Source of the DNA: Thermoprotei archaeon
GTDB taxonomy: Archaea; Thermoproteota; Thermoprotei_A; Sulfolobales; Ignisphaeraceae
Length of the DNA: 64,000 bases
Direction of reading: 5' to 3'
Assembly: GCA_003661775.1 (NCBI GenBank)
Contig: QMWT01000001.1
Span: 1,199-65,198, forward strand
Each line of letters starts with the position of its first letter. Within the stretch, counting starts at the first letter, position 1. The notes beneath the pieces are model-generated. The model saw nothing but the letters and a program-made list of their open reading frames with translations, ran no database searches and was not told the origin of the DNA. This document shows positions 9,558 through 20,382 of this stretch, in pieces. A program made the translations under genes and the position numbers.

Positions 9558-10685
9558 CTATAACCTCAGTTTAACCCGGTATTCCTCTAGCTTTCTCTCG
9601 TCTATTTCTACGCCTAAGCCCGGTCTATCTGGAACCTTCGCTCTTGCTCCCTCTATCACTAACCCCTTGACCAGCATGTCTTTAAGGAATTGTGGTCCGT
9701 TTAAGTCGGCAGGCGCTACCAGATCCATAGTTGAGAACAAATGCAGTGCTGCGGTGAAGCCTACTCCGCTCTCCGTCATCCCGCTTCCCATGCAGCTAAT
9801 TCCAGCTGCTTCAGCTAACGCGTATATCTTCAAGGAGGTTCTTATCCCCGATTTCGCCACCTTGAGAACCAGCAGGTCTAGCGCATTCATAGATATGAGC
9901 TTTATTAGGTCGTAGTGCGAGAACAGCGATTCATCTACGGCTATTGGGATTGCGCTTTTCTCTACTATTCTACTCAGACCGTGGAAGTCGAACGTTGGGA
10001 CTGGTTGCTCGATACATATTATGTTCTCCATACTGGATATCTTCCTTAGAAGGAGACGTAGGCTATAGCTAGTATACGCTTGATTTGCATCAAGCCATAT
10101 CAGGCCTTCTGGAACCGCCTCATTCAATGTCTTTACCAACTTGTAGTCCTCCTCAACATCGCCCATTATCTTCAGCTTGAAGCATCTATAGCCCTTCCCC
10201 CACAACTCCCTAGCGTAATCGGCTATGGTATCGGGCGTTCCGGAGATAAGAGCTGATAACTCCACGTAATCATGTATCTTCCCGCCGAGCAATCTGTGGA
10301 TCGGAGCACCCATTAATTTCCCGACTAGGTCGTGCAACGCTATGTCAACCGCAGATTTAGCGAAAGGCTGACCTATGGTAACAGCTGGAGCTATAATCTT
10401 CTCCATTTTTCTATGTATCTTGATTATATTGTATGGATCTTCCCCTACTAGGGCTTCGCTCAGGTACTTCCTTATTGTTGTGTACACGGATTCCATAGTT
10501 TCGTACATCCATGTAGGCATCGGTCTAGCTTCTCCCCATCCTACTTCACCATCACTGGTAACTATTTTGATGTAGATATGTTCTCCAGGTTTCTCAGGAG
10601 CTCCAACGTACCCTCTTGATATCTTGAATGGTCTCACGAACGGTATTTTTAATGGTATGACCTCGACCTCCTTTATCCTCACCAT
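9558..10685 (-). CDS. enolase-superfamily enzyme (mandelate racemase / muconate lactonizing enzyme family)
   Basis: FKLKIMG, LDANQAY, IEQP and AVDES match the family's metal-ligand and acid-base pattern. Confidence 0.8.
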   Translation of the reverse strand: MVRIKEVEVIPLKIPFVRPFKISRGYVGAPEKPGEHIYIKIVTSDGEVGWGEARPMPTWMYETMESVYTTIRKYLSEALVGEDPYNIIKIHRKMEKIIAPAVTIGQPFAKSAVDIALHDLVGKLMGAPIHRLLGGKIHDYVELSALISGTPDTIADYARELWGKGYRCFKLKIMGDVEEDYKLVKTLNEAVPEGLIWLDANQAYTSYSLRLLLRKISSMENIICIEQPVPTFDFHGLSRIVEKSAIPIAVDESLFSHYDLIKLISMNALDLLVLKVAKSGIRTSLKIYALAEAAGISCMGSGMTESGVGFTAALHLFSTMDLVAPADLNGPQFLKDMLVKGLVIEGARAKVPDRPGLGVEIDERKLEEYRVKLRL

Positions 10686-11503
10686 TATCTCACAACACCA
10701 AACTTCTCCTTGAGGTATTTTAGATTATGCTTGAGTCCTACCATGGGATCCGGTAGTTCAGGGCGCCACCACTTCTCATACTCATCAACTACAAACTTAT
10801 CGTATCCCTGACTTCTAAGGTATTCTATCACAGGATCGTGAGGCACCTCGCCATAACTAAGAAGAACTGCTCTCCATTTACTGTCCTCCTTCTTAAAGTC
10901 GTGAAATTGAAATGCTATTACTTTATTGAGATCCACCTTCTTTAGCTCCTCCAACGGGTTCAGCCCCTCCATGTATATGTGCGCGATATCGTATACTATA
11001 GTAAGAGCATCGCAACCAACCTCCTCGAGTACTAAGTTGCACGTATCGCCAGAATATACTAGTTCTCCGTGCGTCTCTATCCCTATAAGTAGACCTCTAT
11101 CCTCGGCTTCTCTACATACGAGCCTACACATTTCAATGAAGAGCTTCATATTCCTCTCGGTTCTCTCCTTAGTACCCGCGAATATCCTAACGTAAGCTCC
11201 ATTCAGATCTACAGCTAGATCTAGATGAGCTCTTGCCTCCTCTAACGCACGTCTTCTAACATTTGGATCGGGTACAACGAAGTTCCTCCCTAGGTATGTA
11301 TACACACCATAGATTCTAATACCTAAGGATTCGGCGAGTTCAACAAGTCTCTTCCTAAATTCTTTAGGTGCATCGATAAATACATGTCCGTCCTCCCTTA
11401 CTCGAATGTCTACACCATCATAACCTAGCTGAGCTGCTGCCTTTATCGCTTCCTCAGCGCTATAGTTTGGAAAAGCAAGTGTGTAGACAGTGAACTTTAC
11501 CAA
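10685..11503 (-). CDS. xylose-isomerase-like TIM-barrel protein (sugar phosphate isomerase/epimerase family)
   Basis: GYDGVDIR, IETHGE, VYDIAHIY and FQFHDF. I trimmed track ORF 10685..11815 to the in-frame TTG at 11503, because the first 104 codons are low-complexity and overlap the divergent gene. There is a 1-nt stop/start overlap with the downstream enolase-family gene. Confidence 0.7.
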   Translation of the reverse strand: MVKFTVYTLAFPNYSAEEAIKAAAQLGYDGVDIRVREDGHVFIDAPKEFRKRLVELAESLGIRIYGVYTYLGRNFVVPDPNVRRRALEEARAHLDLAVDLNGAYVRIFAGTKERTERNMKLFIEMCRLVCREAEDRGLLIGIETHGELVYSGDTCNLVLEEVGCDALTIVYDIAHIYMEGLNPLEELKKVDLNKVIAFQFHDFKKEDSKWRAVLLSYGEVPHDPVIEYLRSQGYDKFVVDEYEKWWRPELPDPMVGLKHNLKYLKEKFGVVR

Positions 11504-11576
11504 GGGGAACGCCTTTCTTATTTTAAAGTCTCTGTAGATATAAGAGATTATCAACTTCCATAATCTAAGTGTATGT

Positions 11577-12608
11577 GTGAGGGCTACCGTGTTGGGAGGG
11601 GAGAAGATAAAAGTCTTGGTAACCGTGCCAAAGCCCTTGTTGGAGGAAATCTCAAAACCTGAGGATAGAGCGAGACTGGAAAGGTTTGCTGAGGTAGTAT
11701 ACAATGATAAGGATAGAAATCTGACCCAGGAAGAGCTGCGTGAGATGATAAGGGGGGTTGATGCATGTATAACGGGCTGGGGTTCACCAAGATTTACGAA
11801 GGAGGTCTTAGACAACGCTGATAAGCTTAAAATTATAGGTCATGCAGCAGGCAGCGTAAAGCCTTATGTAACTGAAGAGGTCTTCAAAAGAGGGGTAGTT
11901 GTTGTAAACGCAGCAGATGCAATAGCGATCAGTGTAGCTGAATTCACTCTTGCCATGATATTGAACTGCTTGAGGAGAATCCCAGACTTCATACACGCTA
12001 TGAAGAACAAAAATTGGGATTTCAGGAAGCAACATAAGTTCTTTACATACGACTTACGAGGGAAATGCATAGGCGTTGTAGGCTTTGGACGAATTGCAAG
12101 ATATCTTGTGGATCTCTTGAAGCCGTTCGAAGTTGAGATACTAGTCTACGATCCTCATGTTCCTGCGGACACCATTCATAGTTTTGGCTGTAAGGCTGTT
12201 GACCTTGATACACTCCTCAAAGAATCTGACGTCGTTACAATACATGCTGCATTAACAGAAGAGACACACCACATGATTGGAGAGAGGGAGCTAAGACTAA
12301 TGAAGAGAACAGCGTACCTGATCAATACAGCAAGAGGTGCCGTCATAGACGAAAAAGCACTGTTAAAAGCTCTGAAAGAAGGATGGATTGCGGGCGCGGC
12401 CTTAGACGTCTTCGAAAAGGAGCCTCTACCAAAGGAAAGTGAACTGTATGAGCTGGAAAACGTATACCTGACACCCCACATCGCCGGACCGTCTGATGAA
12501 CGTAGACACTCATTGTTTGGAGTCATAGTTGAAGAGTTCGAGCGATTCTTTACCGGTAGAAGTCTTAGGTATAAGGTCGAACCTGAAACATTAAAATTCC
12601 GTGCCTAA
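11577..12608 (+). CDS. D-isomer-specific 2-hydroxyacid dehydrogenase (glyoxylate/hydroxypyruvate reductase-like)
   Basis: NAD site GVVGFGRIARYL; NTARG and PHIAG catalytic-region motifs. Confidence 0.85.
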   Translation: MRATVLGGEKIKVLVTVPKPLLEEISKPEDRARLERFAEVVYNDKDRNLTQEELREMIRGVDACITGWGSPRFTKEVLDNADKLKIIGHAAGSVKPYVTEEVFKRGVVVVNAADAIAISVAEFTLAMILNCLRRIPDFIHAMKNKNWDFRKQHKFFTYDLRGKCIGVVGFGRIARYLVDLLKPFEVEILVYDPHVPADTIHSFGCKAVDLDTLLKESDVVTIHAALTEETHHMIGERELRLMKRTAYLINTARGAVIDEKALLKALKEGWIAGAALDVFEKEPLPKESELYELENVYLTPHIAGPSDERRHSLFGVIVEEFERFFTGRSLRYKVEPETLKFRA

Positions 12609-12838
12609 GGATTTTCCAACTCATACATAACCTAGACACAGATAGCGCCGCCTTGACACATTCGGCATCGATGAAGTTAGCAGGTAAATAATACCAATTT
12701 CCTATGCATTGATCATAAGGTATTATCGTGTTTCATTCGCTGGAAATATGTTCAACAATATCTGTACTGATTACGGGTGCATGTGGGATTTATCATAGCT
12801 TCGGTTCAAGAATGGAGACTTAAAAATATAGCCAATGC

Positions 12839-13711
12839 CTAAAGCTTCTCAATTCTTCTTATTAACGAGAGTAGATTCTTTATGCACACTTCCGAGGCTT
12901 CTTCGCCCATCTCTGAGAAGGCTGCTCCACCCGGCTTTATCAGCTGTTCCTCGGTAAGCTTCTTCTTGGGTCTCCAATGGGTTTCGAGCGATAAAAAGCC
13001 GTCATATTTATCGTCTATCAATGCCTTTAATTGACCCACATAGTCGACGTCGCCTTCTCCTACTGGACGGGGCTCTGCTTTACCTGGAGCTAGCCTAACA
13101 GCATCCTTGATGTGTATGTGCACTATCCTTCCCCTTACATAGTTGTAACCATCGGGGTACGGAATCTCACCTTCAGGATCTGATATGTCGTTTCCAGGAT
13201 CCCACAATGCCTTTACATAGGCTGGGTTGCCGAGCGCGTCAAGGAATTGTGCTAACCGCCTCCCGTTATTCACATGGGTACTTGGTTCGTTCTCTACAGC
13301 GACCACGACCCCCTCCTCCTTAACTATATCGAGAGGTTCTTCGAATTTCTTCAGTATCAGTGCTAGATAGTTATCGAGCGGACCCTTCCTCCAGAACGTG
13401 AATATCCTTATCAGGTTTGTATCAAGACTTTTTGCAAATTCTATGACCCTTCTTAGAATTGTTATATGCTGCCTATACTCCTCCTCGCTATCCAGATCAG
13501 CTTTAAAGAATGGAGAGGCTATACATGGCACTACCAGACCGTGCCGGTGCAGAATTGTTCGTATCTCGGATGCTTTCTCCACCAGCTCCTGAGGAGGCTT
13601 ATTCCAAACTGTTCGTATCTCAATCCCATCCAAGTTAAACTTCTTCGCAAACTTAGCTACACGCTCTAAATCTTGAGATACCTCATCGCTTATTACCGAG
13701 AGTTTAAACAT
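12839..13711 (-). CDS. xylose-isomerase-like TIM-barrel protein
   Basis: DGIEIR, VAVENE, HIHIKD and LSLETH pattern. Confidence 0.75.
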   Translation of the reverse strand: MFKLSVISDEVSQDLERVAKFAKKFNLDGIEIRTVWNKPPQELVEKASEIRTILHRHGLVVPCIASPFFKADLDSEEEYRQHITILRRVIEFAKSLDTNLIRIFTFWRKGPLDNYLALILKKFEEPLDIVKEEGVVVAVENEPSTHVNNGRRLAQFLDALGNPAYVKALWDPGNDISDPEGEIPYPDGYNYVRGRIVHIHIKDAVRLAPGKAEPRPVGEGDVDYVGQLKALIDDKYDGFLSLETHWRPKKKLTEEQLIKPGGAAFSEMGEEASEVCIKNLLSLIRRIEKL

Positions 13712-13826
13712 GCCAGCACTCCTATGCTCTAAATTTTAAAACTTTCGATATAAAGATTTTCGAATAGCGTACAAGTCGTTATGTCGGCAGAGTTTTACGT
13801 TCTGAGCCACGAGCTCACCACGCTTC

Positions 13827-14558
13827 TCATCTCATTGTTAAGTTGAGAATCTCAAGAGCTACTATTCTACCCGCGAGATCCCTTAACACATAACGTGTTG
13901 TTATCCATAAATCACTCTTGACCATCGTAAGCGTTATCTCTCCTCCCTCCACAGGTCTTATATCTACGGACCTAACAGTGAAGTACACATGTATAGAGGG
14001 ATAAATAGTTCCTCCGAGCAACACCTTTTCGCTCTTAACCTCGTAATCCATCTGTGTATCACGTGATTCAGCAAGCTCTTCCTTAAGATAGTTTGGAAGC
14101 TGCGAATACGTGCACAGATATATTCTAAGAGCTCCGAGGAGTTCACTAAATAGAGTTTGCGCTACCATATGAGCATCAAAGCCTGTGAAGGTCTTATTAC
14201 CGTTGGGCGTTGTCAGAACAAGCATCTTCACATACATGCTCTTATCTAGCGTCAACATTATTTTAGTACAACCCTCCTCTCCCACAATTTCACATCTATA
14301 TACTTCATCTTCATCACCTTCATATAGACATGATAAAAAGGTTGTGCTATCTTCTTCGCCAGGTCTATGCAGCTTTAGTACCATTGTGAATTCTTTAAAG
14401 TATCTGAGTAATACCAGCGGTTTTTCGCTGAGTCTTAGAGCTCTGCACGTAGATACTTTGGGTATCTGCGAGATGTTGTTGAGGATAAATATGGAGAATA
14501 GCATCACCAGTAGAGAAAGAACTGCTAAGAGCATTGCTTTACCTTTATCATACTCCAA
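13827..14558 (-). CDS. hypothetical protein with an N-terminal membrane anchor or signal
   Basis: Hydrophobic N-terminus (LLAVLSLLVMLFSIFIL); nothing else recognised. Confidence 0.4.
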   Translation of the reverse strand: MEYDKGKAMLLAVLSLLVMLFSIFILNNISQIPKVSTCRALRLSEKPLVLLRYFKEFTMVLKLHRPGEEDSTTFLSCLYEGDEDEVYRCEIVGEEGCTKIMLTLDKSMYVKMLVLTTPNGNKTFTGFDAHMVAQTLFSELLGALRIYLCTYSQLPNYLKEELAESRDTQMDYEVKSEKVLLGGTIYPSIHVYFTVRSVDIRPVEGGEITLTMVKSDLWITTRYVLRDLAGRIVALEILNLTMR

Positions 14559-14618
14559 GCTACTAACCGTTAGCGTCTATGTTACAAAGATTATTTCTTT
14601 CGATCACAGAGACTATCC

Positions 14619-15227
14619 CTAAATGCTTTTCCTTTCGAATACTTCATGGAAGAAGTACCAAGCAGTAAATACGCCTATCGAGATGCCTAAACCTAGCGAT
14701 ATACCCCACGAAAGCGCGTATTTTACTTCAGGGCTTAGAGCCGTTGCATCGAGTACTAGCACCGTGACCATTAGCGCGCTTAGAAGCACCATAAATCCCC
14801 TAACCTTGGCCACTATCCTCATGTGCACCGTAATCGCGTTCACGATCACAAACACGAATATTACCATGAATACAATGCTTACGAGCTTTGCCAGGAACTC
14901 CAACGCTTTAACAACTTCATTCAAATAATTGGGCACCACGATCATGGACACGGCGTAGATAGCTGCAAAAGCTATCCCTACGTTAATGACTATGAGGATC
15001 AGCGTAGAAGCTCTGACACCTATATTCCTCACATAGGGCTCTAGATAGCTATCGAGCTTCGTTAAATTAACTAGCCACTTCGTAAAACGCGTTAGTATAA
15101 GGCCTGCAGCAAACATCAGCGCTACTACAACTATCGAAAGAGCTATCCTCGGAAATACTGCTGCAAGATCCCTTAGAGCAAGCCTGAAAGCCTCGACTAG
15201 TACGTTACTCAATCTCTCCTCACCCAC
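14619..15227 (-). CDS. multi-pass membrane protein
   Basis: Several hydrophobic segments; 8-nt overlap with the upstream transporter-like gene. Confidence 0.5.
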   Translation of the reverse strand: MGEERLSNVLVEAFRLALRDLAAVFPRIALSIVVVALMFAAGLILTRFTKWLVNLTKLDSYLEPYVRNIGVRASTLILIVINVGIAFAAIYAVSMIVVPNYLNEVVKALEFLAKLVSIVFMVIFVFVIVNAITVHMRIVAKVRGFMVLLSALMVTVLVLDATALSPEVKYALSWGISLGLGISIGVFTAWYFFHEVFERKSI

Positions 15228-16533
15228 CGCTTAGTAGCGCTATGTAGTAAGCCATCTTTAAAAATAGGAATAAAAGCATCGCAGTACTGCTCAACGCCAA
15301 TAACTGGAGTGTCAGCGTAAGAGCACTTCTAGCAGCAATGATCATAGTGGTGTAGCTAGCAATAGAGGCGTTATAGAGAATCCTGGAGTAGATCCTAACA
15401 TATTTCTCGGGAGCCAGCGCAACCTCTGATATCGAGGTCATGGCGATTATCAGGGATACTAATGCAAGAGCGCTTGACACTATGAATAACGCATCTACGC
15501 CTAGCTGCAACATCGCTAGATACGAGATGAGCGGCCCTACAACTTGCGCCATACCCGATGCCGAGATCAGGAAAAGTGAAGCACGAATAGGTCCCAGGTA
15601 GTACGCAAGACGTGCATACATAAAACCTCCAAAATAGTTTGCACCGCTAAACAGAAGAACGTTAGCAGATGCAAGTAGTATATGCATGTACGGATCGCGG
15701 ATTAAGAATGCAGCTAAAGGTACTAGGGGGAGTAACGCTATAGCAATACGATAACTTTTGAACCCAACTCTTACCCAAACGAACGCCGCCACTATAGTTG
15801 TTAGAGTTTGTACGGTTGATAGAAGTGAGGCTACCCACGTATGCACACTGAGGATCTTCAAGAGGTAGGAGGGCCATGAAATACTTAGTATAGATGATGA
15901 CGCGAGTAAGAATAGCAAGTACAGAAATACTGTAGCTTGCTTCTCGAGGGCTTCACTCGCCGGAGCTGTGCTGGGCTTAGAACGTAGCTTATCTAAATGC
16001 ATGCGTGATAAGACTACTGTTGCCAGCAGCCCGATACCTAAGGCTGTTAAGAGCAGCTCACGAATTTCAGCACCTCCAGCAAGAGCTAGTGTTGCTAGTA
16101 CCTGCGCGACAACACTAGTTGTTGCCGAGAGGGCTGTGCGCCTACTCATAACCTTCTTGACCAGTTCCTCGTTGCCCAAACCCATGATCAGTAGTGTTAT
16201 GAGGAACCCTGTCATAGTAGCAACAGTGATGCCTGCTAAGTACCCTATTAGACCGAGCATTCCTAGGTATGGTATTGAACACCATAGCACTCTCTCAATG
16301 CCGTGCACTAACAACAGGGTTCTGGCGGAGATCCCGCGTGATTGTAGTAGCGAGTACAAGGATCTTATTGTCAAGACAGCGAGTAGATTTCCCAACGCGG
16401 AAAGCAGCAGAAGCTCCTGTACTTTCAAACCTTGAGAGACTAGATACAGCGGGGCTAAGCTTCTACTAACTGCTAAGTAGAAACCTGAGATTGCTGCTTC
16501 CAAAATCAGTATTATTGAGTTCTTGTTACCCAC
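15220..16533 (-). CDS. multi-pass membrane protein, MFS-like transporter (tentative)
   Basis: About 12 hydrophobic segments in 437 aa; no signature verified. Confidence 0.5.
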   Translation of the reverse strand: MGNKNSIILILEAAISGFYLAVSRSLAPLYLVSQGLKVQELLLLSALGNLLAVLTIRSLYSLLQSRGISARTLLLVHGIERVLWCSIPYLGMLGLIGYLAGITVATMTGFLITLLIMGLGNEELVKKVMSRRTALSATTSVVAQVLATLALAGGAEIRELLLTALGIGLLATVVLSRMHLDKLRSKPSTAPASEALEKQATVFLYLLFLLASSSILSISWPSYLLKILSVHTWVASLLSTVQTLTTIVAAFVWVRVGFKSYRIAIALLPLVPLAAFLIRDPYMHILLASANVLLFSGANYFGGFMYARLAYYLGPIRASLFLISASGMAQVVGPLISYLAMLQLGVDALFIVSSALALVSLIIAMTSISEVALAPEKYVRIYSRILYNASIASYTTMIIAARSALTLTLQLLALSSTAMLLFLFLKMAYYIALLSGG

Positions 16534-16572
16534 GTATCTCCCTTATAGAGCTTGGCTTCTGTACAACGCCCC

Positions 16573-17994
16573 TTAAACGCCTCTTTCACTCTTCATAAAC
16601 TTTATTATTTTCAATAGTTTCTCCACGGCTTCTACCGCGTTTCTCGCAAAGATGTTGATCATAGGTTCTTTACCCCAATCACCTCTGTGGAACACTAAGT
16701 CAGGTACACTCCCAACTCTTTTTATAGCGATCTCGATGCCCCAAGGAATTGTTGCTCCTTCCCTACGCTTAACCTCCTCCGGTTCTTCACTTCTATCATA
16801 GAAGGATACAACCATGCCCAGCTTCTTCGCAGCTTCCACAATACGCTCATCGTACCTCACATTGAGAGCTGCTCTGACCTCGGGGTCGAACTCCATGGCC
16901 TTAAGGACTGCGCGTGCTAGATGCCTCGATACGCCAAAATCGACTTCACCTGCAGGCTTCATCGTATTGCCGTACCTGACGATCCTACCTTTAACTCCCG
17001 CAACATCATCGAGGCTACGGGCGTAACGTGCAGGGAGTGCCATGACTACGTTCATCTGTACCTCGGGTACGAAGGGAGCGATATCCTCGCCATATCTCAG
17101 CAGTAGCCGAAGCGCTTCTTCAACATTCTTTAAAGTGTTGTATCTCTCCGCAGGTATGTCGACCCATGCTGAAGGGTTCACCGGACAGTGCCCCCTCCCG
17201 ATCTTAGAACCGTACTCTATCGCTAATGTTACGAACCTTTTCGCTACCTCCACCGCCTTTTCGATGCTCTTTCCTTTAGCGAGTTCCGCAGCTATAGCTG
17301 CGGAAAAGCTACAGCCGGTTCCGTGGGTACAGCCCTCTCTTATGCGCGGCACCGCAAATACTCTGAAGTCACCATCAACATAAAGCACGTCAACAGCGTA
17401 AGCCCCCTCTAGATGCCCTCCTTTAACAACAGCGCTCCTCGCACCTAGATCCTCCACAATCTTCTTGGCAGCGATCTTGGCATCATCTATACTCTTGATC
17501 TTAACTCCCGTAAGTCTCTCGGCCTCCATCCTATTAGGAGTTACAACCGTGGCTATGGGTATGAGGATCTCCTTAAGACTCTTAATCGCTTCAGGACGCA
17601 GCAAAGGAGCTCCGCTCTTGGCTACCATTACAGGGTCGACAACTAGAAGGAATTCATACCTCTTCACAGTCTTCGCAACCTCCTCTATTATCGCTGAGTT
17701 GCTGAGCATTCCCGTCTTGGCAGCATCTATACCTAGGTCGTCCGCCACAGCCTCGATCTGCTTGGAGACCATCTCCGGAGGTAAGTCGTGTACCGCACGC
17801 ACCTCATAGGTGTTTTGAGCCGTTACGGATGTTACGGCGACTGTTCCGTGAACTCCAAGAGCAGCAAAAGTCTTTAGATCTGCGGCTATACCCGCACCAC
17901 CACCAGAATCCACGCCGGCTATGGTCATGGCAACCGGTATCTTCCGCGCCAAGGCAACATCACCCCGTAGAGCCCATAGCTTCTTCGATACCAC
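16573..17994 (-). CDS. thiDN: bifunctional HMP/HMP-P kinase and thiamine-phosphate synthase (ThiD-ThiN fusion)
   Basis: N-terminal ThiD kinase motifs [16 protein letters not shown] and [12 protein letters not shown], plus a C-terminal domain of about 170 aa as in archaeal ThiDN. Confidence 0.85.
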   Translation of the reverse strand: MVSKKLWALRGDVALARKIPVAMTIAGVDSGGGAGIAADLKTFAALGVHGTVAVTSVTAQNTYEVRAVHDLPPEMVSKQIEAVADDLGIDAAKTGMLSNSAIIEEVAKTVKRYEFLLVVDPVMVAKSGAPLLRPEAIKSLKEILIPIATVVTPNRMEAERLTGVKIKSIDDAKIAAKKIVEDLGARSAVVKGGHLEGAYAVDVLYVDGDFRVFAVPRIREGCTHGTGCSFSAAIAAELAKGKSIEKAVEVAKRFVTLAIEYGSKIGRGHCPVNPSAWVDIPAERYNTLKNVEEALRLLLRYGEDIAPFVPEVQMNVVMALPARYARSLDDVAGVKGRIVRYGNTMKPAGEVDFGVSRHLARAVLKAMEFDPEVRAALNVRYDERIVEAAKKLGMVVSFYDRSEEPEEVKRREGATIPWGIEIAIKRVGSVPDLVFHRGDWGKEPMINIFARNAVEAVEKLLKIIKFMKSERGV

Positions 17995-18085
17995 CAGAAG
18001 AAAAACATAGCGGCTACGAACAGCATACAGCTTAACAAAAAATTACAATTTATCTCCAGCTGCAGCTATTTACCGAGGTGAAAAT

Positions 18086-18979
18086 TTGGACGCTGGCGCG
18101 CCTTACATAGGCTTAGGCGATATTATATGGTACCTATTCTTCTTGTGGCTGTTCCTGACATTCTTAACTCCGCAGCTCCGTTATCGGACTCTACAAAGCG
18201 CACGCGCCGAAGTCATAAAGCAACTTGAGCGAAAGCTAGGAGCTAAGGTAGTGACGATGGTTCACAGGCAGGAAAGGATAAGCCTCTTCGGGATACCGGT
18301 CTACAGCTTCATAACCATTGAAGACTCGGAGGCCATCCTCCGGGCAATAAGATCCACGCCTCCGGATACTCCGATCGCGCTTATACTGCACACTCCGGGA
18401 GGATTGGTGTTAGCAGCATCACAGATCGCCATGGCATTGAAGAGGCACCCAGCTAAGAAGATCGTTATAGTTCCCCACTACGCAATGAGTGGGGGAACGC
18501 TGATAGCCTTGGCAGCTGACGAGATATGGATGGACAGAGACGCTGTTCTGGGACCCCTGGACCCACAGTTAGTGCTAGGAGATAGGAGTATTCCTGCACC
18601 CTCGGTTGTCAGGGTTATGAAGTTAAAGGGTATCGATAAGGTTAGTGACGAGACGCTGATCATGGCCGACATAGCAGAGAAGGCGATAAATCAGATGAAG
18701 ATCTTGGTCGAAGAACTTATCAAGGATAAAGTGGGGCCGGATAGAGCGGCAGAAATAGCTGATAAGCTTGTCAGCGGCTACTATACCCACGACTACCCAA
18801 TAACAACAGATGAACTGAGGAAGCTAGGTCTACCAGTACGTGAAGAACTTCCTGAAGAAGTTTACGCATTGATGGAGCTCTATCCACAGGAGGGCATTAG
18901 AAGACCATCCGTAGAGTATATACCTGGTACTCCGCGCAGACTTCACCAACCCTCTTCTCAACGAGGAGCAAAGACCTAA
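18086..18979 (+). CDS. ClpP-fold membrane serine protease (SDH / DUF114-type)
   Basis: N-terminal TM segment, then LILHTPGGLVLAASQIA...PHYAMSGGTLIALAADEI...GPLDPQ. TTG start. Confidence 0.65.
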   Translation: MDAGAPYIGLGDIIWYLFFLWLFLTFLTPQLRYRTLQSARAEVIKQLERKLGAKVVTMVHRQERISLFGIPVYSFITIEDSEAILRAIRSTPPDTPIALILHTPGGLVLAASQIAMALKRHPAKKIVIVPHYAMSGGTLIALAADEIWMDRDAVLGPLDPQLVLGDRSIPAPSVVRVMKLKGIDKVSDETLIMADIAEKAINQMKILVEELIKDKVGPDRAAEIADKLVSGYYTHDYPITTDELRKLGLPVREELPEEVYALMELYPQEGIRRPSVEYIPGTPRRLHQPSSQRGAKT

Positions 18980-20310
18980 CATGTTTTCATATCAACATTT
19001 TTCACTATCTCACACCAATTCGCAATAACACCTCTTCTACGATACTCGTATATCATGTAAGCAAGCCTTTCCTGCTCCTCCCATTCACCGTAAGCTTTAC
19101 CAACCCCTACGAGCTTGGTCACAACCTTCTTTATTCTCTTATCCACTTTGCCAGGAGGATAGTCGTGAAAAGGAGTTCCCGGTAAGGGCATGAAGGTGTG
19201 TGCATGGATTCTAGCTCCCATAGAAACCAACTTCTCCATAATACTTATGGTCATCTCAACATCCTCCTCATCTTCCCCTGGAAGCCCGAAGATGAAATCT
19301 ACCTCGGGTACAAACCCATATTCTCTCAGGATCTCAACAGCGTTGAGTACATGCTCCACGGTGTGACCGCGGTGTATGCGCTTTAGCACCTTTTCAGAGC
19401 CAGACTGTGCACCAACAATAATCCTTTTATTATCAACGTAACGCTTTAGAATAGCTACACACTCACGATCAACACTATCTGGCCTGACCTCGCTGGGGAA
19501 CGAGCCGAAGAATATTCTTCCACCGTAATCATCGACAAGTTTTCTTAGTTTAAACAGCAGCTCTTCCAAAGCGCTGTAGTTAGGCTTTACACCATCTGGA
19601 CTCTGGTAACCCAGTGAATTTGGAGCTATGAACCTTAGGTCACGGAGACCTGCTTTAAGCATATAATGAGATGCCTCTACCACACTATGCACAGACCTGT
19701 ACCTAGGCTTCCCAAACATGAAGCTTACCTGACAGAAATAGCACGCAGAGGCGCATCCCCTCATTATCTCTATAGGACCAAACCTCCTCCTCCAGTAGGG
19801 AAAAGGTGGGTAATCATCAAGGTTCACAGGCTTAAGTCTCCGCCTAAGCACTACACGCGAATTCTCCATCCAAGCAGTGCCGCATACCCGGGGAACTTCG
19901 CGTGGATTATCCAGAACTCTCCCTAGCAGCTCTATTATCGTAGCTTCACCCTCCCCGTGCACCACTAGGTCAAAACCTATCTTTAGGGTGCCGAGGGGAT
20001 CTCCTGTAGCGTGAGGGCCTCCCGCAACAACCATAAGCTTTCTATCTTTTGGTAGCCGAGCTCTGAACTCCTTGATTAACCTCATCAAGTCTAAAATCTG
20101 TGGGAGCTGTGTTGTCAAGAAGCTTATTCCTAAAACAACAGTTCTGTATCTCCTTGTTAACCTAGATAAGCAGTCAAAGAAGGGTGTACCGCCGAGCTCT
20201 ATAGGTACGACATCGACGGACACCCTGCTCCATTCCACAGCAGCCCATATAGCATTGACCCAGTATCTCCAATTTTTGTAGTAACTTAGCACCAGAGCTA
20301 CCTCCTTCAT
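18976..20310 (-). CDS. B12-binding-domain radical SAM protein
   Basis: Radical-SAM cluster motif CASACYFC preceded by a Rossmann-like N-terminal domain. Confidence 0.75.
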   Translation of the reverse strand: MKEVALVLSYYKNWRYWVNAIWAAVEWSRVSVDVVPIELGGTPFFDCLSRLTRRYRTVVLGISFLTTQLPQILDLMRLIKEFRARLPKDRKLMVVAGGPHATGDPLGTLKIGFDLVVHGEGEATIIELLGRVLDNPREVPRVCGTAWMENSRVVLRRRLKPVNLDDYPPFPYWRRRFGPIEIMRGCASACYFCQVSFMFGKPRYRSVHSVVEASHYMLKAGLRDLRFIAPNSLGYQSPDGVKPNYSALEELLFKLRKLVDDYGGRIFFGSFPSEVRPDSVDRECVAILKRYVDNKRIIVGAQSGSEKVLKRIHRGHTVEHVLNAVEILREYGFVPEVDFIFGLPGEDEEDVEMTISIMEKLVSMGARIHAHTFMPLPGTPFHDYPPGKVDKRIKKVVTKLVGVGKAYGEWEEQERLAYMIYEYRRRGVIANWCEIVKNVDMKTC

Positions 20311-20382
20311 ATTCGATCACTGCTCGGAACGCAATGTCTAATTTTTTCCGTATCCCCTATCTAACCCGGGAGGCGCCACAAA

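Noticed and set aside
11504-11815. The 104-codon N-terminal extension of the TIM-barrel ORF.
   Set aside because: It is low-complexity and Ser/Leu-rich, it overlaps the start of the divergent dehydrogenase gene, and the conserved fold begins right after the TTG at 11503.
12609-12838. A 230-nt convergent gap, screened on both strands for sRNA boxes and small ORFs.
   Set aside because: There is no consistent box arrangement and no ORF of note. It remains unexplained.
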